Positions 23,651 through 36,668 of a DNA stretch of 60,000 bases are shown in pieces (the stretch's first letter is position 1; every line of letters starts with the position of its first letter). The stretch comes from Malacoraja senta (lineage: Eukaryota), in NCBI GenBank assembly GCA_038087875.1, contig CM075997.1, positions 3,350,001 through 3,410,000 on the forward strand, in the 5' to 3' direction. The notes beneath the pieces were generated by a model. It did no database searches, was not told the origin of the DNA, and saw only the letters and a program-made list of their open reading frames with translations. The position numbers and the translations under genes were made by a program.

Positions 23651-23867
23651 TGTCCCTTCCTGAGACGCTGGAAAATGCTATCTCCCATTTGGATTATGTC
23701 TCACCATTGCTGACTGACCCAGCTGGGTGACTGTCTCCTGTTTTTTAATGTTTACCGTAACAGAGTACAGCCTATTCAAAAAAATCTAATCAGAGCCAGG
23801 GGTTGATTTTTTTCTTGTGAGTGATCAAGATGCTATTAAAACAGCCCCTACTCTCTGTAGGAAGGAA

Positions 23868-25935
23868 CCCGACGCATGTGGCAAGGCATCCAGGCCATCA
23901 CGGACTTTAGACCCACCAACACCACCCCCACATCCAGCAACGCCTCCTTCCTTGAGGAGCTTAACCACTTCTGGCGCTTTGACAGGGACAATCTAGAGTT
24001 GGCCATCAAGGCGGTGCTCCCTGCCGATCACCAGCCCCTCACACTCACCCCCTACGACGTGTACGTGGCACTGAGTAGGACTAATGCACGTAAGGCTGCT
24101 GGCCCTGACGGCATCCCCGGGCGCGTCCTCAGGGCCTGTGCTACGCAGCTGACAGACGTCTGGACTGACATCTTCAACCTGTCACTTGCCCAAGCAGTTG
24201 TGCCCACGTGCCTTAAATCCACCTCCATCGTGCCGGTGCCAAAACACTCCACTGCGGCAAGCCTCAACGACTTCCGCCCAGTTGCACTTACTCCCATCAT
24301 CGCCAAGTGCTTCGAGAGGCTGGTCCTGGCACACCTCAAAGGCTGCCTACCCCCCACATTGGATCCCTATCAGTTTGGCTACCTCAAGAACAGGAGTACG
24401 GAGGATGCCATCTCAACGGCACTTCACTCCGCCCTCTCCCACCTCGACAACAGAGACACTTACGTAAGAATGCTGTTCATCGATTACAGCTCAGTATTCA
24501 ACACCATCATACCCTCTAAACTGATCACCAAACTCGGTGACCTGGGCATCGACCCCTCCCTCTGCAACTGGATATTGGACTTTCTAACCAACAGACCCCA
24601 GTCTGTTAGGTTAGACAAGCACACCTCTTCAACCCTCACCCTGAACACCGGCGTTCCACAGGGCTGTGTGCTGAGCCCCCTCCTCTACTCCCTCTTCACC
24701 TACGACTGCACACCTGTACATGGTACTAACACCATCATCAAGTATGCAGATGATACAACGGTGATTGGCCTCATCAGCAACAACGATGAGTCGGCCTATA
24801 GGGAGGAGGTCCAGCTCCTAGCAGCATGGTGCGCTGACAACAACCTGGCCCTTAACTCCAAGAAGACCAAGGAGCTCATTGTAGACTTCAGGAAGTCTGG
24901 GGGCGGCACGCACACCCCCATCCACATTAACGGGACGGAGGTGGAACGTGTTTCCAGCTTCAGGTTCCTGGGGGGTCAATATCTCCGATGACCTCTCTTG
25001 GACCCACAATACCTCAACTCTGGTCAAGAAGGCTCACCAGCATCTCTTCTTCCTGAGGAGACTAAGGAAGGTCCATCTGTCTCCTCAGATTCTGGTGAAC
25101 TTCTACCGCTGCACCATCGAGAGCATCCTTACCAACTGTATCACAGTATGGTATGGCAACTGCTCTGTCTCTGACCGGAAAGCACTGCAGAGGGTGGTGA
25201 AAATTGCCCAATGCATCTCCGGTTCCTCACTCCCCTCCATTGAGTCTGTCCAAAGCAAGCGTTGTCTGCGAAGGGCGCTCAGCATCGCCAAGGACTGCTC
25301 TCACCCCAACCACAGACTGTTTACCCTCCTACCATCCGGGAGGCGCTACAGGTCTCTCCGTTGCCGGACCAGATGGCGCAATGGGCTAAGTGTTCGGCTG
25401 GCAACCGGAAGGTAGCCGGTTCGAATCCCGCTTGGAGTGCATACTGTCGTTGTGTCCTTGGGCAAGACACTTCACCCACCTTTGCCTGTGTGTGAATGTG
25501 TGTGAATGTGTGTGAGTGATTGGTGGTGGTCGGAGGGGCCGTAGGCGCAAATTAGCAGCCACGCTTCCGTCAGTCTGCCCCAGGGCAGCTGTGGCTACAG
25601 AAGTAGCTCACCACCACCGAGTGTGACTGAGGAGTGAATGAATAATGCGATGTAAAGCGCCTTGAGTATTAGAAAGGCGCTATATAAATCCAATCCATTA
25701 TTATTATTATTACTACTCAACACTGTACCTCGGTGACTGCCAGTCACCCCCCCCGGACACTCCTCCCACCAGGAAAAATACTATGACTGTATGCACGTAA
25801 ATAGATTTATTTATTGCTCATATTTATGTCGCTCTTCTAGGGAGATGCTAACTGCATTTCGTTGTCTCTGTACTGTACATTGCACAATGACAATAAAGTT
25901 GAATCTGAATCAGAATCTGAATCTGAATCTGAATC
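23868..25935 (+). mobile_element. Rex1/Babar LINE, 5'-truncated, RT domain nearly intact
   Basis: ORF 23876-24991 with [47 protein letters not shown]; one frameshift near 24970 into the 24948-25415 frame; (gaatct)n tail; inserted into a PLE fragment. Confidence 0.92.
25371..25712 (+). mobile_element. tRNA-derived CORE-type SINE with L2 tail (AFC-like)
   Basis: A box tggcgcaatgg, B box ggttcgaatcc, CORE gtgtccttgggcaagacactt, tail tgtaaagcgccttgag...aggcgctatataaat(tat)n. Confidence 0.85.
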
Positions 25936-26447
25936 AGATGCTGGTTTAAACCGAAGATAGACACAAAAAAAGATGGAGCAACTCAGCAGGACAGGCAGCA
26001 TCACTGGAGAGAAAGAATGGGTGATGTTTCGGGTCGAGACCCTGAAGAAAGGTCTCGACCCAAAACCTCACCCATTCCTTCTCTCCAGAGATGCTACCTG
26101 TCCCGCTGAGTTACCCCGGCTTTTTGTGTCTATCTTCAGCCCGTACTCTGTGGTGCCTTTGAGGTGAGGAAACATTAAGGTATGGTGAAGAGGGACAGAC
26201 ACAAAAAGCTGGAGTAACTCAGCGGGTCAGGCAGAATCTCTGGAGAAAAGGAATAGGTGAAATTTCGGGTCGAGATCCTTCTTCAGACTGAGAGCTAGTG
26301 GTGACAGAGAAAGATTTGAGGAACAGGTATATTTCAGGTTAAGAATAGTTGCATTCTGTTAGAAGGTGTGACTGAAAGCAATCTGGACGATGGAATAAAG
26401 CAGTCAAAAATAAATCAAATTCTTTATACTTACCTAAATCTTTCAGT

Positions 26448-26890
26448 AGTTTAGTTTAGAGATACAGCACGGAAACAGGCCCTTCAGCCCACTGAGTCCG
26501 TGCCGAATAGCGATCCCCATATTCTAGCACTATCCTACACACTACATACTAGGCACAATTTACAATCTTTACCGAAGCCAATTAACATACAAACCTGGAG
26601 GTTTAGTTTAGTTTAGAGATACAGCGTGGAAACAGGCCCTTCGGCCCACCGGGTCCGCGTCGATCAGCACTCTGCGCAAACTAACACTTTCCTACACACA
26701 CTAGGGACAATTTACATTTATACCAAGCCAATTAACCTACAAACATGTGTGTCTTTGGAGTGTGGGAGGAAACTGAAAAGCTTGGAGAAAACACAGGCAG
26801 GTCATAAGGAAAACTTGCAAACTCCGTACAGACAAGCACCTCTAGTCAGGATCTAATCCGGGTCTCTGGCGCTGTAAGGCTCTACTGCCA
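26448..26890 (-). mobile_element. Two adjacent V-/HE1-type SINE copies
   Basis: Two (gttta)n-gagatacagc-ggaaacaggccct starts at ~26448 and ~26602. Confidence 0.8.
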
Positions 26891-26984
26891 CCCTGTAGTA
26901 AAATAAAAATTCAATCTGACAAATCATTGACCAATCCCTCTCATCTGATTAGTCTATGGCACTATCCTCACTCAGTTCCAGTTC

Positions 26985-27255
26985 ACTTCAAAGTCGTCTT
27001 GTTGAGTCTCATTGTCTGTAACATGTTCTCACCTAACACACAGCTAACAATGGCCTGTTTCCTTTATCATCATTACTTTTTTGCATATCTTTCATTCAGT
27101 TGTTCTATGTCTCTCTACATCATCATCTATATCTCTCGTTTCCCTTTCCCCTGACTCTCAGTCTGAAGAAGGGTCTCGACCTGAAATGTCACCTATTGCT
27201 TCTCTCCAGTGATGCTGCCTGACCTGCTGAGTTACTCCAACTTTTTGTGTTTATC
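26985..27255 (+). mobile_element. PLE 3' UTR plus terminal repeat
   Basis: aacaatggcctgtttcctttatcat... matches 54859-54960; followed by the hammerhead-bearing repeat. Confidence 0.75.
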
Positions 27256-27792
27256 CATTCTAATCAAACCAATCAATACTTTAACGCTGTAGTTCTAACT
27301 TGGAGGGCTTGAGCTGGGTAATGAATTTTAGCCAAGTAATTGTAGTCAGGCGCGGTGCAGTATTAAATCCAGGAAAGACTTCTGGATTTCATTTTTGCTG
27401 CTCCAGATCTCTGCTGAAAGATTGTTTGTTGCTTTAAATCCAAGAAAGTTGTGTGAAAAAAAGATTGATGGTTGGAAGAGAAGCAGGAATTTAAAATAAA
27501 ACTTTTAAGAAAAACTCTGTCAATTCTGAGAACTTTTATATAATAGACAATAGTCAAGTCAAATTTATTTATATAGCACATTTAAAAAACAACTCTCGTT
27601 GGCCAAAGTGCTTTACATTTGTTATCAGAATAGTATAAACAAACAATAGATAATAGACAGTAGACAATAGGTGCAGGAGTAGGCCATTTGGCCAGCACCG
27701 CCATTCAATGTGATCATGGCTAATTTTAACGCATTAGAAAAATTCTACCTATGCGGAAAAATTCTGAAATGTTCTCTATGGAGAAAGAAATT

Positions 27793-28082
27793 AGTTTAGT
27801 TTAGTTTAGAGATACAGCACGGAAACCAGGCCCTACGGCCCACCGAGTCCACGCTGACCAGCGATTCCCGTACAGTAACACTATTAATGCTATCTATAGG
27901 GACAATTTTACAATCTTTACCGAAGCCAATTAACCGACTTTGGAGTGCAGGCGGAAACCAGAGCACCCAGGGAAAACTCACGGGGAGAACGTATAAACTT
28001 CATACAGACAGCACAAATAGACAGATCAAACCTAGGTCTCCGGCGCTGTAAGGCAGCAACTCTGCCGCTGCGCCACTGTGCT
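27793..28082 (-). mobile_element. V-/HE1-type SINE
   Basis: Reverse complement of the 6143-6470 family. Confidence 0.8.
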
Positions 28083-29068
28083 GTCCCCAAAATGTTTCAG
28101 ATGTTCATTACTGGCTATCTGCTTTTCATATCATATAGTATTAGAATGTCTTAAATAGTAACAAAATTGGTGATGTGCATATTCTATTGGGTAGCAAAGG
28201 CAACATGGAATGGCGGAGTAGACTTGATGGGCTGAATAGCCTAATTCTACTCCTATCACTTATGATCTTATGATCCCTTGATTTTTTTAAATATCCAAAA
28301 ATCTAGCAATCTCTGTCTTTAGCGCACCCAATGACAGATCCTCCATAATTCCAGATTCCTTACCCTCTGGATAAACAAACTGCTTCTCATTTCGGTCTTG
28401 AATGACACCTTATTTTGAGTCTTATCCCTGGCCCGAGACTGCAGCCAGTGGAAACATCACGCCACTGATCACAGGTCTTCGATCTGAAAAACAACCTCAA
28501 CTACCACACTCTGTCTCTTACCTCCAAGCCAACTTTGCATCCAATTGGCAAGCTGATCTTGTATCCTCTGTGTTCTAACCATCTGGTTAAGCCTACCATG
28601 CTAAAGGAAGGGTCTTGACCCGAAACATCACCTATTTCTTTACTCCAGAGATGCTCCCTCACCCGCTGAGTTACTCCAGCATTTTGTGTCTATCTTCATT
28701 GTGAAGCAGCATCTGCAGTTCCTTCCTACCAAGCTGGAAATTGGGCGGGCTCACAGTTCTTGGGTATCTCCTCCTCACTGCAAATTACGAGTCTATTTGC
28801 TCATTCATTTTATCTGAAATTATTAAGTGTAGATCTTCCCCATGGCTGGAAATTGTCCGATTGTAATGATAACATTTTGATATTGAACTGCACTATTTTT
28901 TAGGGTCTCCAAAGTGGCTGATGGGCAGCTGATCAGTGGGATCTAGAGGAACCAATCTTCAAGTGGTTCATCAGGCTTAGTGCTGAATAGTTAAGGGTGT
29001 TCCTGAACTATATCATGGATATATTCTGTCACTTCATGGTGGGCCTCATAAGATTGCATCAGTTACAC

Positions 29069-29635
29069 AAGATTACGGAGAGTCGGTATGTCAAGGAGGA
29101 CTCTCTCGAACTTCTACAGGTGCACTGTAGAGAGCATGCTGACTGGCTGCATCGTGGCTTGGTTCGGCAACTTGAACGTCCAGGAGCGGAAAAGAATGCA
29201 GAAAGTTGTGACCACTGCCCAGTCCATCATTGGCTATGACCTCCCCACCATCGAGGGGATCTATCGCAGTGGCTGCCTCAAAAAGGCTGCCAACATCATC
29301 AAAGACCCACACCATCCTGGCCACACACCCATCTCTCCGCTACCATCGGGAAGAAGGTACAGGAGCCTGAAATCTGGAACATCCAGGTTCAGGAACAGCT
29401 TCTTCCCCACAGCCATCAGGCTATTAAAGATGACATCAAACAAACTCTGAACTATAACAGCCTATTGCACTTTATCTGATTATTTATGTGTATATATATG
29501 GTCTATGCTATATAGACACACTGAACTGTTCTGTATTATGCTTACAATATTCTGTTGTGCTGCAGCAAGCAAGAATTTCATTGTCCTATCTGGGACACAT
29601 GACAATAAAACTCTCTTGACTTGACTTGACTTGAA
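29069..29635 (+). mobile_element. Rex1/Babar-type LINE 3' end
   Basis: ORF 29088-29450 NFYRCTVESMLTGCIVAWFGN...PSGRRYRSL..RFRNSFFPTAIRLL; (ttgac)n tail. Confidence 0.88.
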
Positions 29636-30414
29636 TGATACCCAGAAAGGCTCAGTCAAGTTTCTATTGTGATGAGAAATCACATATCCATCATCCAGGA
29701 AAAGTATATTGTTCAATAGTCAAAGGTTATGTGAGGAATAAAATGCCATCAGGCTGTGCTTCAGTTAGTGGGATGTGAAGGCTGACATTGACCTGTTGAC
29801 CCAAAACATCACCCATTCCTTCTCTCTGCAGAGATGCTGCCTGACCCGCTGAGTTACTCCAGCATTTTGTGTCTATCTAAGATATAATCATCGTTGTTCA
29901 GGCTTTTCTAAAATTGTGAAAAATATTTTAAATTCATTTTTGATCATTTCTATCCATTTTGCTTAATTCTATTTAAAGATGGCTCCTGGAGTGATCCCTG
30001 CTGCATCTGTAAGAGCACCTTCACTAAAAGGAATGCAGCAGCTTAAAGAACCATTCATTGAAGGACTTATGGAGAAGCAATTGATAGTGGTCTTACACGT
30101 GGCTGCCAGATTCCAGAAAATGAATACGTTTAAAAAGAATTCCAGTGCTGGTGTGTACGAAATAAGCAGAACTTACCCACAGAAGCTACTGAGAAGCTAC
30201 AGTTGGTTGAGGTACCTCTAGGCTTTGCAGACTAAACATTAGCCAAGGTTTGCACTCTTTTCTGCACATCTTGGTGAATGTTTAGTCTGCACTCTCTTTT
30301 GCAAACGAGTTTGCAACCAGAAGGTGAAAGGCTTCAGTATAGGACATGTCATTACACATGTTCCAGGAGGTATCACCACAAGATCTCCAACCAGCCTGCC
30401 ACAAAACACATACG

Positions 30415-30870
30415 TTATTGGAGCAGAATTAAGCCATTCGACCCATCAAGTCTACTCCATCATGGCTTATCTATCTGTCCCTCTCAACCCTGCCTTCTCC
30501 CCATAACCTCTGACACCCGAACAAATCAAGAATCCGTCAATCTCCGCGTTAATAATAATCATGGACTTGGCCTTCACAGCCTTCTGTGGCAATGAATTCC
30601 ACAGATTCACCACCCTCTGACTAAAGAAATTCCTGCTCCTCTCCTTTCTAAAGATATGTCCTTTTATTTTGAGGTTACGCCCTCTGTTCCTAGACTCTCC
30701 CAATAGTGGAAACATCCTCTCCATATCCATTGTATCCAGGGCTTTTACTATTTGGTAAGTTTCAATGAGGTGTCCCCTCATCCTTCTAAGCTCCAGCGAG
30801 TACAGGCCCAGTGCCATCAAACGCTCATCTTATGTTAACCTATTAATTCCTGGAATCATTCTCGTACACT
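30415..30870 (-). mobile_element. CR1 LINE fragment
   Basis: ORF 30467-30820 LGLYSLELRRMRGHLIETYQI...NFFSQRVVNLWNSLPQ. Confidence 0.85.
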
Positions 30871-31768
30871 ATTGTTATTGCTTGCCTAACCCATCTAACT
30901 TCACAGCTCAATGGCTATCATTCTTATCTGGATACTATACCAACTTTCCTTTATGCAATTGAACAGTTCATCACCAGTGCTCAAAAAAGCTTTCTAAAGT
31001 ATCCCACTAACCCGGCAATCCCCACTCCACCATCTCATTCTTGCTACTTGCACGACTTTTATAATCAGCACGCAACTGTGCACAAATATAATAAGAGAGC
31101 TCTCTATTCAACACCCAATGATTTATTTTCATCTTCGTTCACAGGGGTTGTAAACTTCCAGAATTCAAGAAACCCAGCTAGCTCTCACAAACAACGACAT
31201 GATAAATGACCTGTTTTGATAATGTTGCTTCAGGGATAAGAATTGGCCAGACACTGGGAAGAATCCCCTGCTCTTCCTCAAAAAAGTGCCATGTTTTTTT
31301 TTTAATCACATTCCTCAGAGATGGTCCAGCCATCCCTGGAATGAGATTTAAGACAGGATTCCTGCCCCCTAAAACACCACTCATAACTGGTGCTGTACAA
31401 CTTTGTTGTCTCCAGAGAGTTTGCTCAGGGGTCAATAGTAATTAGGCACATGGGAATTATTAAAATACGTTTTTTTAAATCTCAAGTGGCAAAATAGATT
31501 TAGCTCTGATAGGGTTAACCCCGTTTTGATGGAGGCATTCCTGTGACCTAATTGATTTGAGTTTATCTTGGCTTTCTGCCTTGGCTCCATATTTGGCCAG
31601 AAAAATGAATTTGCTTCACTGCCAAATGACTTGAGAATGACAAATTCTTTACCCACATGGGGTTAGGATTTCGGAAGAGGCCCTTCCGAGGAAAGTACAA
31701 CCATAATGAAACCATCTGGTCTGTGTTTAAGTCAGTGGGAACTGAAGACTGACATTGGTCTGTTGAAA

Positions 31769-31985
31769 CTAGATTTAATCAGCTTCATCTAGGTCTTAAT
31801 TCCAAAGTGTATTCTAAAATACATTTTGAAAAATTACTCTAAAATGATGCTCCCTCGTTTATTTTCATCCATTTTGCTAGATTTAATCAGATTCATCCAG
31901 GTCTTCATTCCTAAATGTATTCTAAAATACATTTTGAAAAATTAATCATAAATGACTACTCCCATTTATTTTCATCCATTTTGCT
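31769..31985. repeat. 108-bp tandem duplication
   Basis: Units start ctagatttaatcag at 31769 and 31877; both contain tgtattctaaaatacattttgaaaaatta. Confidence 0.9.
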
Positions 31986-33465
31986 TGACTTATTCTCGAT
32001 GGCACCTGAAATGATTGCTCCTGCAACTATGGCCCTGAATGCAACTAGTTACACCACATTCTAGCATAGACCTTTCCTTTTTGATGTGTGAAGATGCATC
32101 TAAATTGAGTTGTTTAAGAAAGAACTGCAGATGCTGGAAAAATCAAAGGTAGACAAAAATGCTGGAGAAACTCAGCGGGTGAGGCAACATAGGAGTGAAG
32201 GAATAGGTGATGTTTCAGGTTGAGACCCTTCTTCAGACGAAGGGTCATGACCCGAAATGTGACCTATTCCATCGCTCCATAGATGCTACCTCACCCGCTG
32301 AGTTGCTCCAGCATTTTTGTCTACCATCTAAATAGACTTGGTACCTTGTAGGTCCTGACCAGATCAGTTATTGTTGTGGCATTTAATAACTGAAGAAATT
32401 ATTACTGGAGCTGTCCAGTTAATGCTTAGTTTGGAATTCTTTGGTTTTGAAAGTACCATTTAAAAAAAACTCCGAAGTGTTCCCTGAAAAATGAAGTTAC
32501 AGTGTTTTCTTCTGACAATTGGCTTATTCCAATGATAAAACTACACATCAACAATAAATGCAGTTTGCTTTAAGAATGCTGCATGTGGCTTTCATAAGGT
32601 CAAAACAAACACTGTTTATGAGTCGTGTTGGGGTTGGGAGAGATGGTGGTGATAAGGAGCAAAAGTCTGGGTGAAAATGGTGTGAAAAGATTGTGGCATC
32701 AGGGATAATGCTATGGTCCGGCCATGGCCACACCGACACTCGCAGTCGGGTGAACTCATGATATATTTTATTTACAATGGTAAGAAAGTCCAGGACCACA
32801 GGGGGGGGGCACTGTCCCTCACCATCAGGGCACATGTGTTGTGGCGCTGGCGATCTCGGTCTTATCCCGGCAGCTCAGTCCTGATCTTCGAAGGAGAAGA
32901 CGCGGTGATCTCCAGTTTCTCCCTGCAGTTCACCCTTGCCTCAGGAGGAGACACTGCGATCGCAGGTTTATCCTGGCGGCTCAGGCTTTGCCTGTGTGTG
33001 TGAGCACAGTCCCTCATTGTTCACAGGCAGGAAGAGGTACTGCCGTCTCAGGCTTGCCCTGACCAGCCAGTCTTGGCCTCAGTAGAGGCACTGGCTGTCT
33101 GGAGCTTCTTCCTGGCAGCCCAGTCTTCACCACACAGTAGCACTGGTGGTCTCGGGCTTGTCCCAGTTGGTCTGTCTTCCTCGAACCTGCAACAGGAGAG
33201 GACAGCTAGCAGGGAGGTGCCCCACTTTCTCTCCCTTCATCTCTCACTTCCCTTTCTTCATCCTCTTTCTTTCTTTCTTTCTTTTTTCTTTCTAAAAAGC
33301 CATCATTTATTTATTTATTTATCGTTTTTAAAATATTATTATTATTATTATTATTATTACATTTTTAAACTTCTGCTTCTTTTCTCACCTCTGGCTGGAA
33401 TACCTGAGTTTATAGGGAGTAAGCTGACAAGATTCAGATGGCCAAACCAATATCAGTTAATTGGA

Positions 33466-33559
33466 GGAAGACAAAAATGCTGGAGAAACTCAGCGGGTGC
33501 AGCAGCATCTATGGAGCAAAGGAAATAGGCAACGTTTCGGGCCGAAACCCTTCTTCAGA
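33466..33559 (-). mobile_element. Solo PLE terminal repeat (subfamily A) with hammerhead core
   Basis: Minus-strand ctgaaga-a-gggt(ttcg)gccc-gaaac-gtt at 33558-33531; 12-bp TSD cagttaattgga at 33454-33465 and 33560-33571. Confidence 0.85.
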
Positions 33560-35076
33560 CAGTTAATTGGACCCAGCTTTTCCCAATGAAGTTGGCCATC
33601 CCTGGTTGTTAGCCAGTGATAGGAATCATAGCGGCATTTGAGGGAGGGGCACTGTCACGGGATGAACATGTTCTTCACTATATGAAAGACTGTATGTTTG
33701 TGGGAAAAAAAATCACATTAAATTCTGAACTTGTCTGCCAATTACTATTCATTTTGATTTAAATGAGCTTTATACAGTTGACTAAAATGTGCAATTCTGC
33801 CAAATACTAATAAAACCAAAAATTAAAAGCAAAAAGTAAAGCAAGGCTTATTAATGTTGAAGTTTAGCAGGTCGGTTACCTCCTATCATTATCTTGTTGA
33901 ATTATTTAGCAATGGGAAGAGGCCCATTTGACTAATTGTGCTGGATCTTTGTAAGAACTAGCTGCCGCTTTAGTCTATTTCCTGCTCTTTCTAACCTTTA
34001 CTCATTGTGTAGATTATCATCTCTCCAGTCCGTGTGAATGATTTATCTTTGTTTACTGAAGTTGGATATGATTAATCTCAGGAGGTTAAGACCAAACGTT
34101 TTGCGCATGCATACAAGCCGAGCTCCAAGACTCTGTGAAGTAAACAAAATGATGGACCTTACACTCAAAATCAAGGACAGGGGCCTCTCTCTACTAATCT
34201 GCCCCTGCTGCAGCACACTATACTCAGGCAGTAAAAGTATCCACCACGGAAAGCACGGACCATTTCCCATATCTTTGGAGCCACTCCTCCGCAAATGCAG
34301 ATATCAATGATTAAATTCTCCTTCAATGCACCAGCACAACCTTTGGTTTTTAGTTTAGAGCATTGAAACAGCCCCTTGGGTCTGCAGAGTCCACGTTGAC
34401 CATCGAACACCCATTCACACTAGTTCTTTGTTTGTCCCACGTTCACATCCACTCAATGAAGACCTCATCCTTGCCCTTTGATATACTTCTGAGAATTGGA
34501 GAACCTACATGGACATCTCAATATACAAGAAATATATCACCACGGTATCGCTGGTCGGTGCGGACTTGGTGGGCCGGAGGGCCTGTTTCCGCGTTGTATC
34601 TCCAAACTAAACTAAACTAAAACTTTCTCTGCAAACTCCTCCAAATTTATTGGAAAATTAAGTGAACTAACATCAGTGTCCTTTCCCACGCCAAAATCCC
34701 CAGTATTGAGATCCTAGGTGCACTCAGGCAACTATGTTGGGCAAGCCATATTGTTTGCATTCCTAACACTGGACTCTTGAAGTAGACACTTTATTCCAAA
34801 GATTTGTCGTGGAAAGAGATTAGTTTGGAGAAAGAAGAAAAGATTTGAGAATATTGTCAAAGATTTCTTGAAGAAATGCAACATTCCCACTGACTCCAGG
34901 GAATCTCTGGCCCTTGACTGCTCCGTGAAGAATGAGCATTTAGTGCAGCATTGAGAATCTCAAGGCCATATATCGGAAGGACACAGTGATCTTGCATAAA
35001 ATATACCAGATAGCTTGATACATACCAGATAAATATACGCCTGAATATAGTTTAGGAATTCTGTGACCTCTCTACA

Positions 35077-35318
35077 GGGCAGCACAGTGGTAGAGTTGCT
35101 GCCTTACAGCGCCAGAGAGCTGGGTTCAATCTTGACAATGGGTGCTGTCTGTACGGAGTTTGCACGTTCTCCCTGTGACCGCGTGGGTTTTCGCCGGGTG
35201 CTCTGGTTTCATCCCACACTCCAAAGACCTGCAGGTTTGTAGGAGTGAAGGATAGAACTAGTGTTGGCGTGGACTCAGTGGGCTGAAGGGCCTGTTTCCA
35301 CACTGTATCTCTAAACTA
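35077..35318 (+). mobile_element. V-/HE1-type SINE (internally deleted)
   Basis: Family head and tail present. Confidence 0.8.
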
Positions 35319-36062
35319 TACCTTTCACTCTTGAGTGTATCCTAGTTAATAAAATCTCCCACTAGTACAACGCTAACATTTTTGCATGACAGAAATTTGT
35401 TTACAAATTTATTCCATCTGTCTTAGACTGTGGGGAAGTCTGTTGTAATTTAAAATTTAAGTACAGGTGCAAGAATGTTTTGCAGCGTCACGGGATCTTA
35501 GTGAGAAGTTTTGGTCTCCTGACTTGAGGAAGTATGTTCTTGAAAAGGAGGGAGTGCAACAAAAAATTATTTGACTGTGATGTATGAGCAGAATTTGGGT
35601 TGATAGGTCTATATTTACAGGAGTTGAGAATAATAATAAGGAATCCCATTGAAATCAATACAACTATGACAAGACTTGGCAGACTCGATAGAATAACTCT
35701 GCAAACTGTGGCTAGAGAATTCAGAGCCATGGATCACAGCCTCAGTTTATGGAGTACTCCATTGCGAACTAAGATCAGAAGACATGTTCTTCTCCCAGAG
35801 GATGGGAACCTGTGGAATTCTCTACCACAGGGCAGGTGAAGTTATTAAAAATATTAATAGAGGTAGATATATTGCTTCATGCTGAAGGGATAGGGTGACA
35901 AGGTGGAAACAGGGTACAGATGTGGATGATACACCTTCATTGTGTAGACTGGTTGAGTGGGCCGGGGCCTGAATGGCCTAATGCTGCTAATCTTTTTTTT
36001 GTTGCTCATGTGATGCTCCTTCTAACACACTGCTTCTCATATCTGTGATTGTTTCTGATCCG

Positions 36063-36668
36063 AGAAACATAGGAAATAGCCATTTGACCCGAGCCAGCAC
36101 CACCATTCAATATGATCATGGCTGATCATCCATCCAAAATCAGTAACCGTTCCTGCTTTCTCCCCATATCCCTTGATTCTGTTAGCCCTAAAAGCTATAT
36201 CTAACTCTCTCTTGAATTCAGTGAATTGCCCCCCACTGCCTTCTGTGGCAGAGAATTCCACAGATTCACAACTCTTTGGGTGAAAAAGTTTGTCCTCATC
36301 TCAGTCCTAAATGGCCTAGCCCTTATTCTTAAACTGTGACCCCTGGTTCTGGACTCCCCCAACATCAGGAACATTTTTCCTGCATCTAGCCTGTCCAACC
36401 CCTTAAGAATTTTATATGTTTCTATAATATTCCCACTCATCCTTCTTAATTCCAGTGAACGTAAGCCCAGTCGATCCATTGTTTCGTCATATGTCAGTTC
36501 CGCCATCCTGGGAATTAACCTGGTGAACCTACGCTGCACTCCCTCAATAGCAAGAATGTCCTTCCTCAAATTAGGAGACAAAAACTGCACACAATACTCC
36601 AGGAGCGGTCTCACCAGGGCCCTGTACAACTGCAGTAGGACCTCCTTGCTCCTATACTCAAATCCTCA
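36063..36668 (-). mobile_element. CR1 LINE 3' part
   Basis: ORF YRALVRPLLEYCVQFLSP...IEGVQRRFTRLIP...FFTQRVVNLWNSLPQ. Confidence 0.88.

Noticed and set aside
25371..25440. tRNA gene
   Set aside because: A/B boxes are the head of a SINE continuing into CORE and L2 tail; the same applies to the V-SINE heads.
24052..25495. Alternative-frame and antisense ORFs
   Set aside because: Shadows of the GC-rich Rex1 RT ORF.
33073..33528. 151-aa ORF
   Set aside because: Runs through CT-rich and (TAT)n microsatellites and a PLE repeat.
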